Assembly (NCBI GenBank): GCA_017399105.1
Contig: JAFQEJ010000057.1
Location: forward strand, 68,191 to 132,190
Direction: 5' to 3'
DNA length: 64,000 nucleotides
DNA from: Clostridia bacterium
GTDB lineage: Bacteria; Bacillota; Clostridia; Oscillospirales; CAG-272
Made by a program: the position numbers and the translations under genes. Numbering within the stretch: position 1 is the stretch's first letter; each line of letters starts with the position of its first letter. The notes beneath the pieces are model-generated. The model saw only the letters and a list, made by a program, of their open reading frames with translations, was not told where the DNA came from and made no database searches. Positions 9,381-19,156 of the stretch are shown here, piece after piece.

Positions 9381-9568
9381 TTCAGCTGGAAAGATTTGCA
9401 GTCCACACATTCATCCTGGGTGGGATTAGCCTCGTGGGATGCGATCTGAACCTTGTCGAGGGAGCAGTAGTTTTCACCGACACAGTGGTATGCACACTGG
9501 GTAACGGTACATGCAATGCTCTTGTTTGCGCGGTCGCTGCCGCAGTTTCCGGTTTTGCAGTCTGTCAT
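9374..9568 (-). CDS. DUF1540 family small Cys-rich protein
   Basis: IACTVTQCAYH...CSLDKVQI...DCKSF pattern. Confidence 0.8.
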   Translation of the reverse strand: MTDCKTGNCGSDRANKSIACTVTQCAYHCVGENYCSLDKVQIASHEANPTQDECVDCKSFQLKG

Positions 9569-9664
9569 AATGGTACACCATACCTTTCATGATTTTGCGC
9601 TTGAAGCACGGTGTTATTATGTGCAGTGCGGAAGCAAATATGCGCAGGAAACAGAGGAAAAATT

Positions 9665-12433
9665 TTACTCTTTTTGATCTTCTTCGCTTTCCTCGGTAAG
9701 GGAAGCTTCCCCTGTCTGCTCGGTGAGTGCCTCCGAAAGCTCCTCCATCACGGTGCCAATCTCATCCTTATGCTTTCTTCGGCGGAGATGCGTGAGCACA
9801 ACCAGCGCGATATAGATCAGCGTGCAGATGACAGAGCATGCGGCGCCGAGGACAAATTCGCGGGGCATATACTTGAATTCCACCTGATGCTCGCCGGGGA
9901 CAAGATCGATGGCAAGCAGGGAATTGATTGCTTTGTAGGGGGTGACCTCCTCGCCGTCCACCGTGACCTTCCAGCCCTCGTCATAGGGGATGGTGGTGAA
10001 GAGGGCGGTTCTGCCCTCGGGGATGGTGACGCTGCCCGAGAGATGGGTGTCCGAGAAATCGTCGATGATATAATCGCTTCCGGCAAGCTGCTCCATGACC
10101 TCCATGAAGAGCGCATCATCGAAGCTGTAGAAGTAGGAGACGCCGCTCCTTACGTAGAATTTATCCTCCTGCAGGGTCAGCTTGACGATGATTTCATCCT
10201 CCTCATAGTCGCCGAAGGTACCGATGGACTGGATGCAGTCGGTGTTGTCGCCGCATACCGTACCGAAATCCTTGCCGTTGATGGTCACATTGCAGTCGCG
10301 GGGCCAGGTGGTGGGGAAGTACATGAAGATTTCGTCATCGGTTTCGTTTTCGAGGGTGTAGATGATGCATGCCTTGGAGCCGGAATCCTCGGGCATGATC
10401 CGGCGGTGACCGGTGGTGAGGGCGATGTCGCAGTTGGTGTAATCGGTCTTGACATCCACCTTCTTGAAGATCTCCACTTTGTCCTCCGCACCCAGCATGG
10501 CGGTGACGAGATCGTTCATGAATTCAAAGGCAGTGTCATCCTCATCCGGCTCAAATTCCTTGATGGCATCCGAAATGCCGTAGGCAACCGAACGGGCGTA
10601 GGGATTCTTAAAGGCGGCAAGATCGTCGTCGTATTCGTAGATTTTCGTGTAGTAGGGATATTCCGCATCGATCTCGGAGATCACATATTTGATGCCGAGG
10701 AGGGCATCGGTCAGCGGCGTGGAGCCGGCATATCTCGACCAGTGGGACTTGGAGAGCAGACCGAAGTCGCGCAGCAGATCGATGACAGAGGCATTGAGGG
10801 TGGAGGTGGAGTTGGAGAGTCCCTTCATGTTGAGCATCATGTTGTCGTTGGACTTGCGGTGCACCGTCTTTTCCATGCGGTAGAAGCCATCATCCGAATC
10901 CTGTACCATTTTGACGATGGGTGTGACCCGCTCGGAGAAGTCCACATAGGAGGTGCGGTTGGTGTAAACCACGTCCTCATCCAGCGCGATGGTGTTGAAG
11001 AGTCCCGAGATGCATAACTCAAAGCAGACGAAGATGGCGAGGATGGCGCATCCGAATTCCTTTGCGCGGTCGGTTTTGACAAGATAAAGACCGATGATCA
11101 TGAGCATCAGGCAGATGAAGCTGTACCAGACGAAGGTGAAGTCGTTTAAGAATTCATAGTCCTGCTTCTGGATGAAGAGCAGCATGATGCCGAGGACGCC
11201 GCAGATGGCGGTGATCTCCTTGAAGGGGACCTCCTTGATGTAGCGGAAGGCACGGTAGGAAAAGACCACCAGGAAGAAGGAGAAGATAAAGCTGTAGCGG
11301 TAGTTGAGCCAGTTGGGCTTCTGGAAGCCGTGCATGATCAGATCGAAGGTGGAGCCGTCGAAGAGGATCACGAGAAGCGAGAGGAGAATGCCGCCGCCGA
11401 TGCGCTCAGCCGCACGGATTTTACTCTGCATGAAGTAGAGGGGCACCAGAATCAGCGCCAGCGAGCCCACATAGACGAAGGGCAGACCCTCGGGGCGCAC
11501 CGTGTCATAGGAGCCGGGGAAGAGCTTGACCATGAAATCGAGGAAATCAAAGCGCTGGGTGAACTCCCAGGAGGGATCCGAGAAGGTGGTCTTGCCGAAG
11601 GTGAGCGAATAGTAGGCGGGCAGAATAATGATCATCGCCATGCCGAGACCGATCAGCGATGCGGCTGCAATGCCCCCGAAGCTCTTTATGAAGTGCGCCT
11701 TTTCATGGACGACACCCGGCTCGCTCGAATCGTAGACGTTGTAGTAGTAGAAGAAGTAGATCACCGTGAAGATGCAGACCATGTAGCCGATGTAGTAGTG
11801 GGTCAGCATGATCATGGCAAGGGTGATGATATAGAGCAGAAGCTTTTTGCGGGTGACGAGCTGCTCGATCGAATAGACGAGGATGGGGAAGAAGATCAGC
11901 GAATCGATCCACATGGAGTTGTGCTGCTGTACGATGGCATAGGCAGAGAGGGCGTACATGCTGGAGAAGATCACGGTGGAGATGGTGGTGGAGCGTTTGG
12001 TGCTGTCCAGATAGAACGCCATGGTCAGACCGCAGGCACCGGTCTTGAGCAGAAAGATGAGCAGCAGCGCCTCGGTGATCATGCCCTTGGGGAAGAGCGC
12101 CACAAGGAAAGCGAAGGGGCTGGCGATGTAGTAGGCGTAGATGCCCATGAATTCACCGCCCAGGGCACGGTTCCAGGAGTACATGAGACTGCCGCCTTCG
12201 GTGATGATGCGGCGAAGCTCCTCATAGAAGGATACATACTGTCCGTTCAGGTCGAGCACCAGCACCGAGTTTGAGCCGAAGGGCCAGACCTCCATGCAGA
12301 TGTAAATGATAAACATGATGACAAAGGGGATGGCAAAGGAGAGCGAATAAAGGGTGATCCTCCGTTTTCTCTCTGTCCTTGCGGGATCGGAAATCAGACC
12401 GCTCTTCCGATCGAGGGTGACTTGCGCTTGCAT
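9665..12433 (-). CDS. YfhO family membrane protein (GT-C glycosyltransferase-like)
   Basis: DLNGQY, YYIASPF, THYYIGYM, YRYSF and IPYDEGW motifs; GGAGG RBS before ATG 12433. Confidence 0.9.
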   Translation of the reverse strand: MQAQVTLDRKSGLISDPARTERKRRITLYSLSFAIPFVIMFIIYICMEVWPFGSNSVLVLDLNGQYVSFYEELRRIITEGGSLMYSWNRALGGEFMGIYAYYIASPFAFLVALFPKGMITEALLLIFLLKTGACGLTMAFYLDSTKRSTTISTVIFSSMYALSAYAIVQQHNSMWIDSLIFFPILVYSIEQLVTRKKLLLYIITLAMIMLTHYYIGYMVCIFTVIYFFYYYNVYDSSEPGVVHEKAHFIKSFGGIAAASLIGLGMAMIIILPAYYSLTFGKTTFSDPSWEFTQRFDFLDFMVKLFPGSYDTVRPEGLPFVYVGSLALILVPLYFMQSKIRAAERIGGGILLSLLVILFDGSTFDLIMHGFQKPNWLNYRYSFIFSFFLVVFSYRAFRYIKEVPFKEITAICGVLGIMLLFIQKQDYEFLNDFTFVWYSFICLMLMIIGLYLVKTDRAKEFGCAILAIFVCFELCISGLFNTIALDEDVVYTNRTSYVDFSERVTPIVKMVQDSDDGFYRMEKTVHRKSNDNMMLNMKGLSNSTSTLNASVIDLLRDFGLLSKSHWSRYAGSTPLTDALLGIKYVISEIDAEYPYYTKIYEYDDDLAAFKNPYARSVAYGISDAIKEFEPDEDDTAFEFMNDLVTAMLGAEDKVEIFKKVDVKTDYTNCDIALTTGHRRIMPEDSGSKACIIYTLENETDDEIFMYFPTTWPRDCNVTINGKDFGTVCGDNTDCIQSIGTFGDYEEDEIIVKLTLQEDKFYVRSGVSYFYSFDDALFMEVMEQLAGSDYIIDDFSDTHLSGSVTIPEGRTALFTTIPYDEGWKVTVDGEEVTPYKAINSLLAIDLVPGEHQVEFKYMPREFVLGAACSVICTLIYIALVVLTHLRRRKHKDEIGTVMEELSEALTEQTGEASLTEESEEDQKE

Positions 12434-12464
12434 AATAACCTCCAAACGATATTTTCAGGGTGAT

Positions 12465-12656
12465 TCAGTCGTCGGGATTGACCTTTTTGATATTCTTTTC
12501 CAGCTTGACTCTGGGGACTGTGACATCTCTGCCGCAGCCGAGGCATAGAATGCGGATATCCGAGCCGATCCGCAGGACACGGAATTTGTGCTCGCCGCAG
12601 GGATGAGGCTTTTTCATGAGAAGAATATCGCCCACTTCAAACTTGATGATGTCCAT
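12465..12656 (-). CDS. DUF951 family protein
   Basis: VGDILLMKKPHPCG...RIGSDIRILCLGCGR motif. Confidence 0.9.
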   Translation of the reverse strand: MDIIKFEVGDILLMKKPHPCGEHKFRVLRIGSDIRILCLGCGRDVTVPRVKLEKNIKKVNPDD

Positions 12657-12775
12657 AAGCACTCCGATAAAATGTTCATATTCTTTATTCTAACACGAAA
12701 TGCGGTATTTGTAAACCTTCATTTGCGAATTTTCTCAGTACTTTCCTGCGAAACAGAAATATTTACAATTATGCT

Positions 12776-12804
12776 TTGACTGAGTTACTTTTATGTGATA
12801 TAAT
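12776..12804 (+). promoter_or_regulatory. Sigma-A promoter for ruvC
   Basis: TTGACT-17 bp-TATAAT with a TGn extension. Confidence 0.8.
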
Positions 12805-12834
12805 ATATCGATTATAATAAGGAGAATTGTACCC

Positions 12835-13335
12835 ATGAGAATCCTCGGCATAGACCCCGGCATCGCCATCGTCGGATACGGCGTGATCGACTATAAGGCA
12901 TCCCACTTCACCACCCTCGGTCACGGCGCCATTCTGACCCCCGCGCATACCGCCCCCGAGCTTCGCCTCGAGCAGATCTATACCGAGCTTTCGCAGATCA
13001 TTGAGCTCTATCAGCCCGAAGCCATGGCGGTGGAGGAGCTGTTCTTCAATACCAACCAGAAGACGGCGATTGTGGTTGCCGAAGCAAGAGGCGTGATTCT
13101 CCTCTGCGCCAGAATGCATGGAGTGCCCATCTTTGAATATACCCCTCTTCAGGTGAAGCAGGCGGTGGTGGGCTACGGCAGAGCCGAGAAGAAGCAGGTG
13201 ATCTACATGGTGCAGCGAATGCTCAATCTGGAAAGGATGCCCAAGCTGGACGATACCGCCGATGCCCTTGCCATTGCCATCTGCCACGCACACACAGGCT
13301 CATCCAAAATCAAGGATTTCTATAATCTGAGATAG
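12835..13335 (+). CDS. ruvC: Holliday junction resolvase RuvC
   Basis: RILGIDPG, VEELFF, YTPLQVK and DDTADALAIAICHAH. Confidence 0.97.
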   Translation: MRILGIDPGIAIVGYGVIDYKASHFTTLGHGAILTPAHTAPELRLEQIYTELSQIIELYQPEAMAVEELFFNTNQKTAIVVAEARGVILLCARMHGVPIFEYTPLQVKQAVVGYGRAEKKQVIYMVQRMLNLERMPKLDDTADALAIAICHAHTGSSKIKDFYNLR

Positions 13336-13375
13336 GTCGCTTGAGGCAGGATGGGGTGAGAGAGGTGCTTGCGAA

Positions 13376-14022
13376 GCGTTCTCGATGTTGCGATATCTAA
13401 TCGCTGAGGGAGCGGGACGCCGAGGGCGTCGTCCCCTACGGGTGTGGGCGCTTCTGCAGCGTTCTCGATATTACCATATCTAATTGTTGAGGGAGCGGAC
13501 CGCCGAGGACGTCGGTCCCTACGGTGTGGGCACTTCTATGGTGTTCTGTTGATTCAAACATCATATTCCATCCATTTCCCAAACATCATCCATATGGCAA
13601 ACATCATCTCTGTTATCCTACCTCACAAATTTGTTGTAGGAACCGACGTCCTCGGCGGTCCGCCCCCTGACGATTTGCTGTTCCACCACCTCTGTTATCC
13701 TACCTCACAAATTTTTTGTAGGGACCGACATCCTCGGCGGTCCGCCCCCTGACGATTTGCTGTTCCGTCACCTCTGTTATCCTACCTCACAAATTTGTTG
13801 TAGGGACCGACGTCCTCGGCGGTCCGCTCCCTGACGCTTTGCTGTTCCATCACCTCTGTTATCCTACCTCACAAAGTTGTTGTAGGGACCGACGTCCTCG
13901 GCGGTCCGCTCCCTGACGCGCTGCTGTTCCGTCACCTCTGTTATCCTACCTCACCGATTTGTTGTAGAGGACGACGCCCTCGGCGTCCCGCTCCCTGACG
14001 ATTTGTTATTCCATCATCTCTA
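13376..14022. repeat. GTAG-type REP/REPIN array: 2 minus-strand units (83-bp period) and 5 plus-strand units (82-bp period)
   Basis: GTAG followed by a GGACCG-ACGTCCTCGG-CGGTCC-type hairpin, with GTAG at 13636, 13718, 13800, 13882 and 13964. Reverse-complement copies lie at 13413-13439 and 13496-13522. Confidence 0.88.
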
Positions 14023-14052
14023 TAGCCCCAACTCCCGTGATACAAATGATAC

Positions 14053-14244
14053 AAAGCTTATGTAAAGTATCTATACAAATTCTCTCTATAGGAAGTTTAC
14101 ATAAATGATAGATCAAATAGATCACTCCCGTATATCCCGCAATACCCGATCAAATTCAGTTTGGTAGAAATAGTAGAAAGCTTATGTAAAGTATTTATAG
14201 GGAATTTTTATAGGAGGTTTACATAGAGAATCTACCATTTCTAC
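14053..14244. repeat. Twin AT-rich palindromic units upstream of ruvA
   Basis: AAAGCTTATGTAAAGTATYTATA...TATAGGARGTTTACATA at 14053-14103 and 14177-14225. The second unit is enclosed by a 14-bp inverted repeat (14164-14177 / 14231-14244). Confidence 0.75.
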
Positions 14245-14262
14245 TATACCCCGGAGGTTACC

Positions 14263-14865
14263 ATGTTTTATTACATACAGGGCGAGGTCGCCCATACAGA
14301 GCCATCCTGCGCGGTCATCGACTGCGGCGGAGTAGGATATAAGCTGACGGTCAGCGGCAATACTGCGGCAAAATGCGCCCTCGGCAAGAAAATGAAGCTC
14401 TTTACCCATCTCAGCGTCAGAGAGGACGCAGTGGAGCTCTTCGGCTTCGGCGATACATAGGAGCTTGCCGCCTTCAAAATGCTTATCTCGGTGTCGGGCA
14501 TCGGTCCCAGGGCTGCCATGTCGATTCTCTCGCAGCTCACTCCCGAGAAGTTCGCCCTTGCCGTCACCACAGGCGATACCAAAGCCATCTCCAAAGCCCC
14601 CGGCGTGGGAGCCAAAACCGCCGCCCGTGTGGTGCTCGAGCTGAAGGATAAAATCGCCAAGGATATCACTTCTGCTTCAAGCAGTGCCGATTACGGTGTT
14701 GTGACGGCAGATGAGGGCGACAAGCTGTCCGAGGCGGTCAATGCACTGCTGGTGCTGGGCTATACAAAGGCAGAGGCGCTCTCTGTCACAAGGGCACTCG
14801 ATATCCCGTCCATGTCGCTGGAGGACATCATCCGCGAAGCGCTGAAGAAACTGATGAAGGCATAA
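14263..14865 (+). pseudogene. ruvA: Holliday junction DNA helicase subunit RuvA with an in-frame TAG at 14458-14460
   Basis: CGGVGYKL, VREDAVELFGF, ISVSGIGPR, PGVGAKTAARVVLELKDK and ALLVLGY motifs all in one frame, interrupted by a single TAG. It may be a sequence error. Confidence 0.85.
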
Positions 14866-14877
14866 GGGGGAGCATCT

Positions 14878-16011
14878 ATGTTTGACGATCTTGAAAAGGA
14901 TGGCAGCCTTAGCGGCAGCCTTGACGGCAGCCTTAGCGGCTATGACTTTGAGAACCGCATTGTCAGCTCCAATATGTCGGAGGAGGATGCCGAGAGCGAG
15001 GTAGGGCTTCGTCCCCAACGTCTGGAGGAGTATACAGGACAGGAGAAGGCAAAGCAGAATCTGAAGGTCTATATCGACGCCGCCAGGGGACGCGGTGAGG
15101 TGCTCGACCATGTGCTGCTCTACGGTCCTCCCGGTCTTGGTAAAACCACCCTGTCGAATATCATCGCCAATGAGATGGGGGTCAACATCCGCATCACCTC
15201 AGGTCCCGCCATCGAGAAGAAGGGCGATCTTGCCGCATTCCTCACCAATCTGAATGAAAACGATATCCTGTTTATAGACGAGATTCACCGCCTCCAGCGC
15301 TCGATTGAAGAGGTGCTCTATCCTGCCATGGAGGATTTTGTCCTCGATTTGATCGTGGGAAACGGACCCTCGGCGCGAAGCATCCGCATCGATCTGCCCA
15401 AATTCACGCTGATCGGTGCCACCACAAGAGCAGGTCAGCTCTCAAAGCCGCTGCGTGACCGTTTCGGCGTTCTGCTCAAGCTGGAGCTTTACACCCCCGA
15501 GGAGCTGTCGGTCATCATCAAGCGCAGTGCCGCCATCCTCGGCGTGCCGATCACAGACGACGGTGCCTATGAGCTTGCCTCCCGATCCCGCGGTACCCCC
15601 CGTATCGCCAACCGTCTGCTCAAGCGCGTGCGCGACTTTGCTCAGGTGAAGGGCAACGGAAAAATTGACCGCGAGATCACAGAGTACGCCCTCGATATGC
15701 TGGAGATCGACCGGCTGGGGCTTGACAACATCGACCGCAGAATGCTCGAGTGCATCATCCGCTACTATGACGGAGGTCCTGTCGGTCTTGATACCCTTGC
15801 CGCCACCATCGGTGAGGAGTCGGTCACCCTGGAGGATGTCTACGAGCCCTTTCTGCTCCAGATCGGCTATCTTTCGAGAACCCCAAGGGGACGCTGTGCC
15901 ACCAGAATGGCATATGAGCATCTGGGCATCCCCTACGCAAAGGAAGGCACACAGTCACAGCAGAACAAAAATCAACTGGATCTCTTCACCGATTCCGAAG
16001 AGACTGAATAA
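14878..16011 (+). CDS. ruvB: Holliday junction branch-migration helicase RuvB
   Basis: [32 protein letters not shown] and RGTPR. Confidence 0.97.
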   Translation: MFDDLEKDGSLSGSLDGSLSGYDFENRIVSSNMSEEDAESEVGLRPQRLEEYTGQEKAKQNLKVYIDAARGRGEVLDHVLLYGPPGLGKTTLSNIIANEMGVNIRITSGPAIEKKGDLAAFLTNLNENDILFIDEIHRLQRSIEEVLYPAMEDFVLDLIVGNGPSARSIRIDLPKFTLIGATTRAGQLSKPLRDRFGVLLKLELYTPEELSVIIKRSAAILGVPITDDGAYELASRSRGTPRIANRLLKRVRDFAQVKGNGKIDREITEYALDMLEIDRLGLDNIDRRMLECIIRYYDGGPVGLDTLAATIGEESVTLEDVYEPFLLQIGYLSRTPRGRCATRMAYEHLGIPYAKEGTQSQQNKNQLDLFTDSEETE

Positions 16012-16029
16012 CAACAGGAGATACTTACA

Positions 16030-17415
16030 ATGGGAAAATTATTCGGAACCGACGGCATCCGCGGCATCGCGGGAAAGAATCTTGATGCAGGCATCGCCTA
16101 CCGTCTCGGGCTTGCCGTATCGGAGGTATTGATAGACAACAGCCAGACCGGCCGTCCCAAGGTGCTGATCGGTATGGATACCCGCTGGTCGGGGGATATG
16201 TTTGAGTCTGCCATTGCGGCGGGACTCTGTGCCATGGGAAGCGATGTGATTCTTCTCGGCGTTGTGCCCACCCCTGCCGTGGCCTTTTTGGTCAAGAAGC
16301 TGAATGCGGATGCGGGTATCATGATCTCCGCCTCCCACAACCCCGCCGAATACAACGGCATCAAGGTCTTCAACGGAAACGGCTTCAAGCTGTCGGATGA
16401 GCTGGAGGCGCGGGTGGAGGAGATTATCCTCGGGGATACCGAGCTTGATCTGCAGACCGGCTCTGACATCGGACGCATTTACGACGAGCGCTCCTATGTG
16501 GGCATGTACATCATGCATGTTTCCGAGGTGCTCGAAAAGGAGAAGAATCCCGAATGCAGCGAAGGGCGCCGCGTGCTCTTTGATCTCTCCAACGGCTCGG
16601 CAAGCGTGACCGCAAAGAAGATCTTCTCCTGCGGCTGTGCGGGAGGTTTTTCCTTCGATTTCCTCGCCGATACGCCGAATGGCATCAACATCAACGAAAA
16701 CTGCGGCTCCACCCATATGAACCGTCTTGCCGATGAGGTGGCGGAGGGCGGCTATGATATCGGTATTGCCTTTGACGGCGACGCCGACCGCTGCCTTGTG
16801 ATCGACGAGAAGGGCAAGCTTGTCAACGGTGACCAGATCATTGCCGCCTTTGCAGACGATATGATGAAGTCGGGCAGCCTCAGAGCCAATGCGGCGGTGG
16901 TGACCTCCATGACCAATCTGGGCTTCCATCTGATGGCAAAGGAGCGGGGCATGACTGTCCGCGTGACCGATGTGGGCGACCGCTATGTGCTGGAGGAAAT
17001 GCTGAGAGGTGACTTCAATCTGGGCGGCGAGCAGTCGGGACACATCATTCTCACCGATTATGCCACCACGGGCGACGGTCAGATCACAGCGGCGAAGATT
17101 CTCGCGCTCATGTCGAAATATCCCGAAAAGACCGCCTCCGAGATCTTCTCCTGCATGGTCAATATGCCGCAGGTGTCGATCAATGTGAAGACGCCTAACC
17201 GACTCAAGAAAAAGATCATCGCCGATGCAGATGTTGCCGACAAGGTGCGCGAAATCGAAGAGAAGCTGGAGGGCAGAGGAAGAATCATTCTCCGTCCCTC
17301 GGGCACCGAGGAGCTGGTGCGCGTTATGCTTGAGGGTGAGGATCAGGATCAGATCAAGAAAATGGGCGCCGAGCTGGCGCGTGTGATAGAGGAGCGCATA
17401 TGTGGGCTGCTGTAA
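16030..17415 (+). CDS. glmM: Phosphoglucosamine mutase
   Basis: FGTDGIRG, ISASHNP, FDGDADR, GGEQSGH and RPSGTE. Confidence 0.95.
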   Translation: MGKLFGTDGIRGIAGKNLDAGIAYRLGLAVSEVLIDNSQTGRPKVLIGMDTRWSGDMFESAIAAGLCAMGSDVILLGVVPTPAVAFLVKKLNADAGIMISASHNPAEYNGIKVFNGNGFKLSDELEARVEEIILGDTELDLQTGSDIGRIYDERSYVGMYIMHVSEVLEKEKNPECSEGRRVLFDLSNGSASVTAKKIFSCGCAGGFSFDFLADTPNGININENCGSTHMNRLADEVAEGGYDIGIAFDGDADRCLVIDEKGKLVNGDQIIAAFADDMMKSGSLRANAAVVTSMTNLGFHLMAKERGMTVRVTDVGDRYVLEEMLRGDFNLGGEQSGHIILTDYATTGDGQITAAKILALMSKYPEKTASEIFSCMVNMPQVSINVKTPNRLKKKIIADADVADKVREIEEKLEGRGRIILRPSGTEELVRVMLEGEDQDQIKKMGAELARVIEERICGLL

Positions 17416-18263
17416 ACTGGAAGGACTATGAACTGCTCGATACCTCGGACGGGGAACGCTTTGAGCGCTGGGGAAATTATACTCTGGTGCGTCCCGATCC
17501 GCAGGTCATCTGGAAAAATGCCAAATCGCTGAGCTGGAAGGGAGCTGATGCCTCCTACAGCCGTTCCAAGAAGGGCGGCGGTGCCTGGAGCGAGAACTCG
17601 CTCCCCGAGGAGTGGAACATCGGCTACGGCGACCTGAGGTTTATCATCCGTCCCATGGGCTTCAAGCACACCGGACTCTTCCCCGAGCAGGCGGTCAACT
17701 GGGACTGGGCTTCAGAGCTGATCCGCGGTGCGGGACGGAAGATCAAGCTGCTCAATCTCTTTGCCTACACCGGCGGTGCAACCGTTTCTGCGGCGATGGC
17801 GGGCGCTTCGGTCTGTCATGTGGATGCGGCAAAGGGCATGGTGGCTCAGGCGAAGCAGAATGCGGCAATATCGGGACTTGCAGAAGCGCCCATCCGCTAC
17901 ATCGTGGACGACTGCCGCAAATTTGTCGAGCGTGAGATCCGCCGCGGCAACCGCTATGATGCCATCATCATGGATCCTCCCTCCTATGGCAGAGGTCCCT
18001 CGGGCGAGGTGTGGAAGCTGGAGGAGAATATCGACGATCTCATCGCGCTGACCGCGAGAGTGCTTTCGGACGATCCGCTCTTCTTCCTTGTCAACTCCTA
18101 CACAACCGGACTCTCTCCCTCAGCGATGGGGTATATTCTGAGCTATCGCGTGAAGGGACGCTTCGGCGGTCGGGTGGATTCGGATGAGATCGGTCTTCCC
18201 GTGACCTCAAGCGGTGCGGTGCTGCCCTGCGGTTCGTCGGCTCGATGGACTGCGATGAAATAA
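17400..18263 (+). CDS. Class I SAM-dependent methyltransferase (RlmI/RlmK-related)
   Basis: FKHTGLFPEQ, LNLFAYTGGAT and IIMDPPSYG. Confidence 0.88.
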   Translation: MWAAVNWKDYELLDTSDGERFERWGNYTLVRPDPQVIWKNAKSLSWKGADASYSRSKKGGGAWSENSLPEEWNIGYGDLRFIIRPMGFKHTGLFPEQAVNWDWASELIRGAGRKIKLLNLFAYTGGATVSAAMAGASVCHVDAAKGMVAQAKQNAAISGLAEAPIRYIVDDCRKFVEREIRRGNRYDAIIMDPPSYGRGPSGEVWKLEENIDDLIALTARVLSDDPLFFLVNSYTTGLSPSAMGYILSYRVKGRFGGRVDSDEIGLPVTSSGAVLPCGSSARWTAMK

Positions 18264-18280
18264 CAGAGAAGGATGCTTTT

Positions 18281-19156
18281 GTGAACAATACACCATATAT
18301 CAAGGCGGAGCATGTGAGCTTTGCCTATAAAAACGATGACAGCGGCGATGTGCAGGTGCTGCGCGATGTGAGCTTTGAGATTGCGCGGGGCGAATTTGTG
18401 GCGGTGCTCGGGCATAACGGCTCGGGAAAATCCACCCTTGCCAAGCTGCTGAATATGATTCTCTCCCCGAGCGAGGGCAGAATTTATATCGACGGCGAGG
18501 AGATTACCTCTCCCGATTTCACCGAGGAGGATCTCTTCCGCATCAGGCGCAAGATCGGCATGGTTTTTCAGAATCCCGACAATCAGCTGGTTGCCACCAT
18601 CGTGGAGGAGGACATCGCCTTCGGTCCCGAAAATCTGGGCACCACACCTGCCGAGATCAGAGCCCGCGTGGATGAAGCCCTGGCTGCGGTGGGAATGACC
18701 GCCTTTGCACGCCATTCGCCCCATCAGCTCTCGGGCGGACAGAAGCAGCGCATCGCCATCGCAGGCATTATCGCCATGCTTCCCGAGTGCATCATTTTTG
18801 ATGAATCCACCGCCATGCTCGATCCCTCCGGCAGGGAAGAGGTTATGGAAACCATTGAAAAGCTCAACCGCGAGCGGGGCATTACGGTGCTGCACATTAC
18901 CCATAATATGAATGAGGCGGTGCGTGCCGATCGGATTCTGGTGGTCAATGACGGTCAGATTCTCATTGACGGAAAGCCCCGCGAGGTATTCTCCCATGTG
19001 GAGGAGCTGAAGGCGGTGGGGCTTGATGTGCCTCAGGTCACCGAGCTCATGTGGAAGCTGCGCGGACAGGGAATTGCACTTCCCGCGAATATCATAGATG
19101 AGGAAGAGGGCGCAGATCTGCTTGCTTCGCTCATCCGAGGAGAACAAAGCAAATGA
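18281..19156 (+). CDS. ecfA1: ECF transporter ATPase EcfA1
   Basis: GHNGSGKST, VFQNPDNQ, LSGGQKQR and DESTAMLDP; GTG start at 18281. Confidence 0.93.
   Translation: MNNTPYIKAEHVSFAYKNDDSGDVQVLRDVSFEIARGEFVAVLGHNGSGKSTLAKLLNMILSPSEGRIYIDGEEITSPDFTEEDLFRIRRKIGMVFQNPDNQLVATIVEEDIAFGPENLGTTPAEIRARVDEALAAVGMTAFARHSPHQLSGGQKQRIAIAGIIAMLPECIIFDESTAMLDPSGREEVMETIEKLNRERGITVLHITHNMNEAVRADRILVVNDGQILIDGKPREVFSHVEELKAVGLDVPQVTELMWKLRGQGIALPANIIDEEEGADLLASLIRGEQSK

Noticed and set aside
13444-13752. 102-aa ORF across the repeat array
   Set aside because: It is a translation of the repeat units, with no RBS and no HUH/Y1 transposase motif.
13600-14022. CRISPR array
   Set aside because: The sequence between the palindromes is itself repeated almost identically, so there are no unique spacers. 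The period is 82 bp and no cas genes are present. It fits a REP tandem array.
14041-14121. A true chromosomal dif site
   Set aside because: The arms are permuted and overlapping; no 11-6-11 arrangement with both good arms exists on either strand. Kept only as a resemblance in findings.
14899-14940. Short repeat GACGGCAGCCTTAGCGGC in the ruvB 5' end
   Set aside because: It is an in-frame micro-duplication ([14 protein letters not shown]) in a variable N-terminal tail, with no evidence of function.
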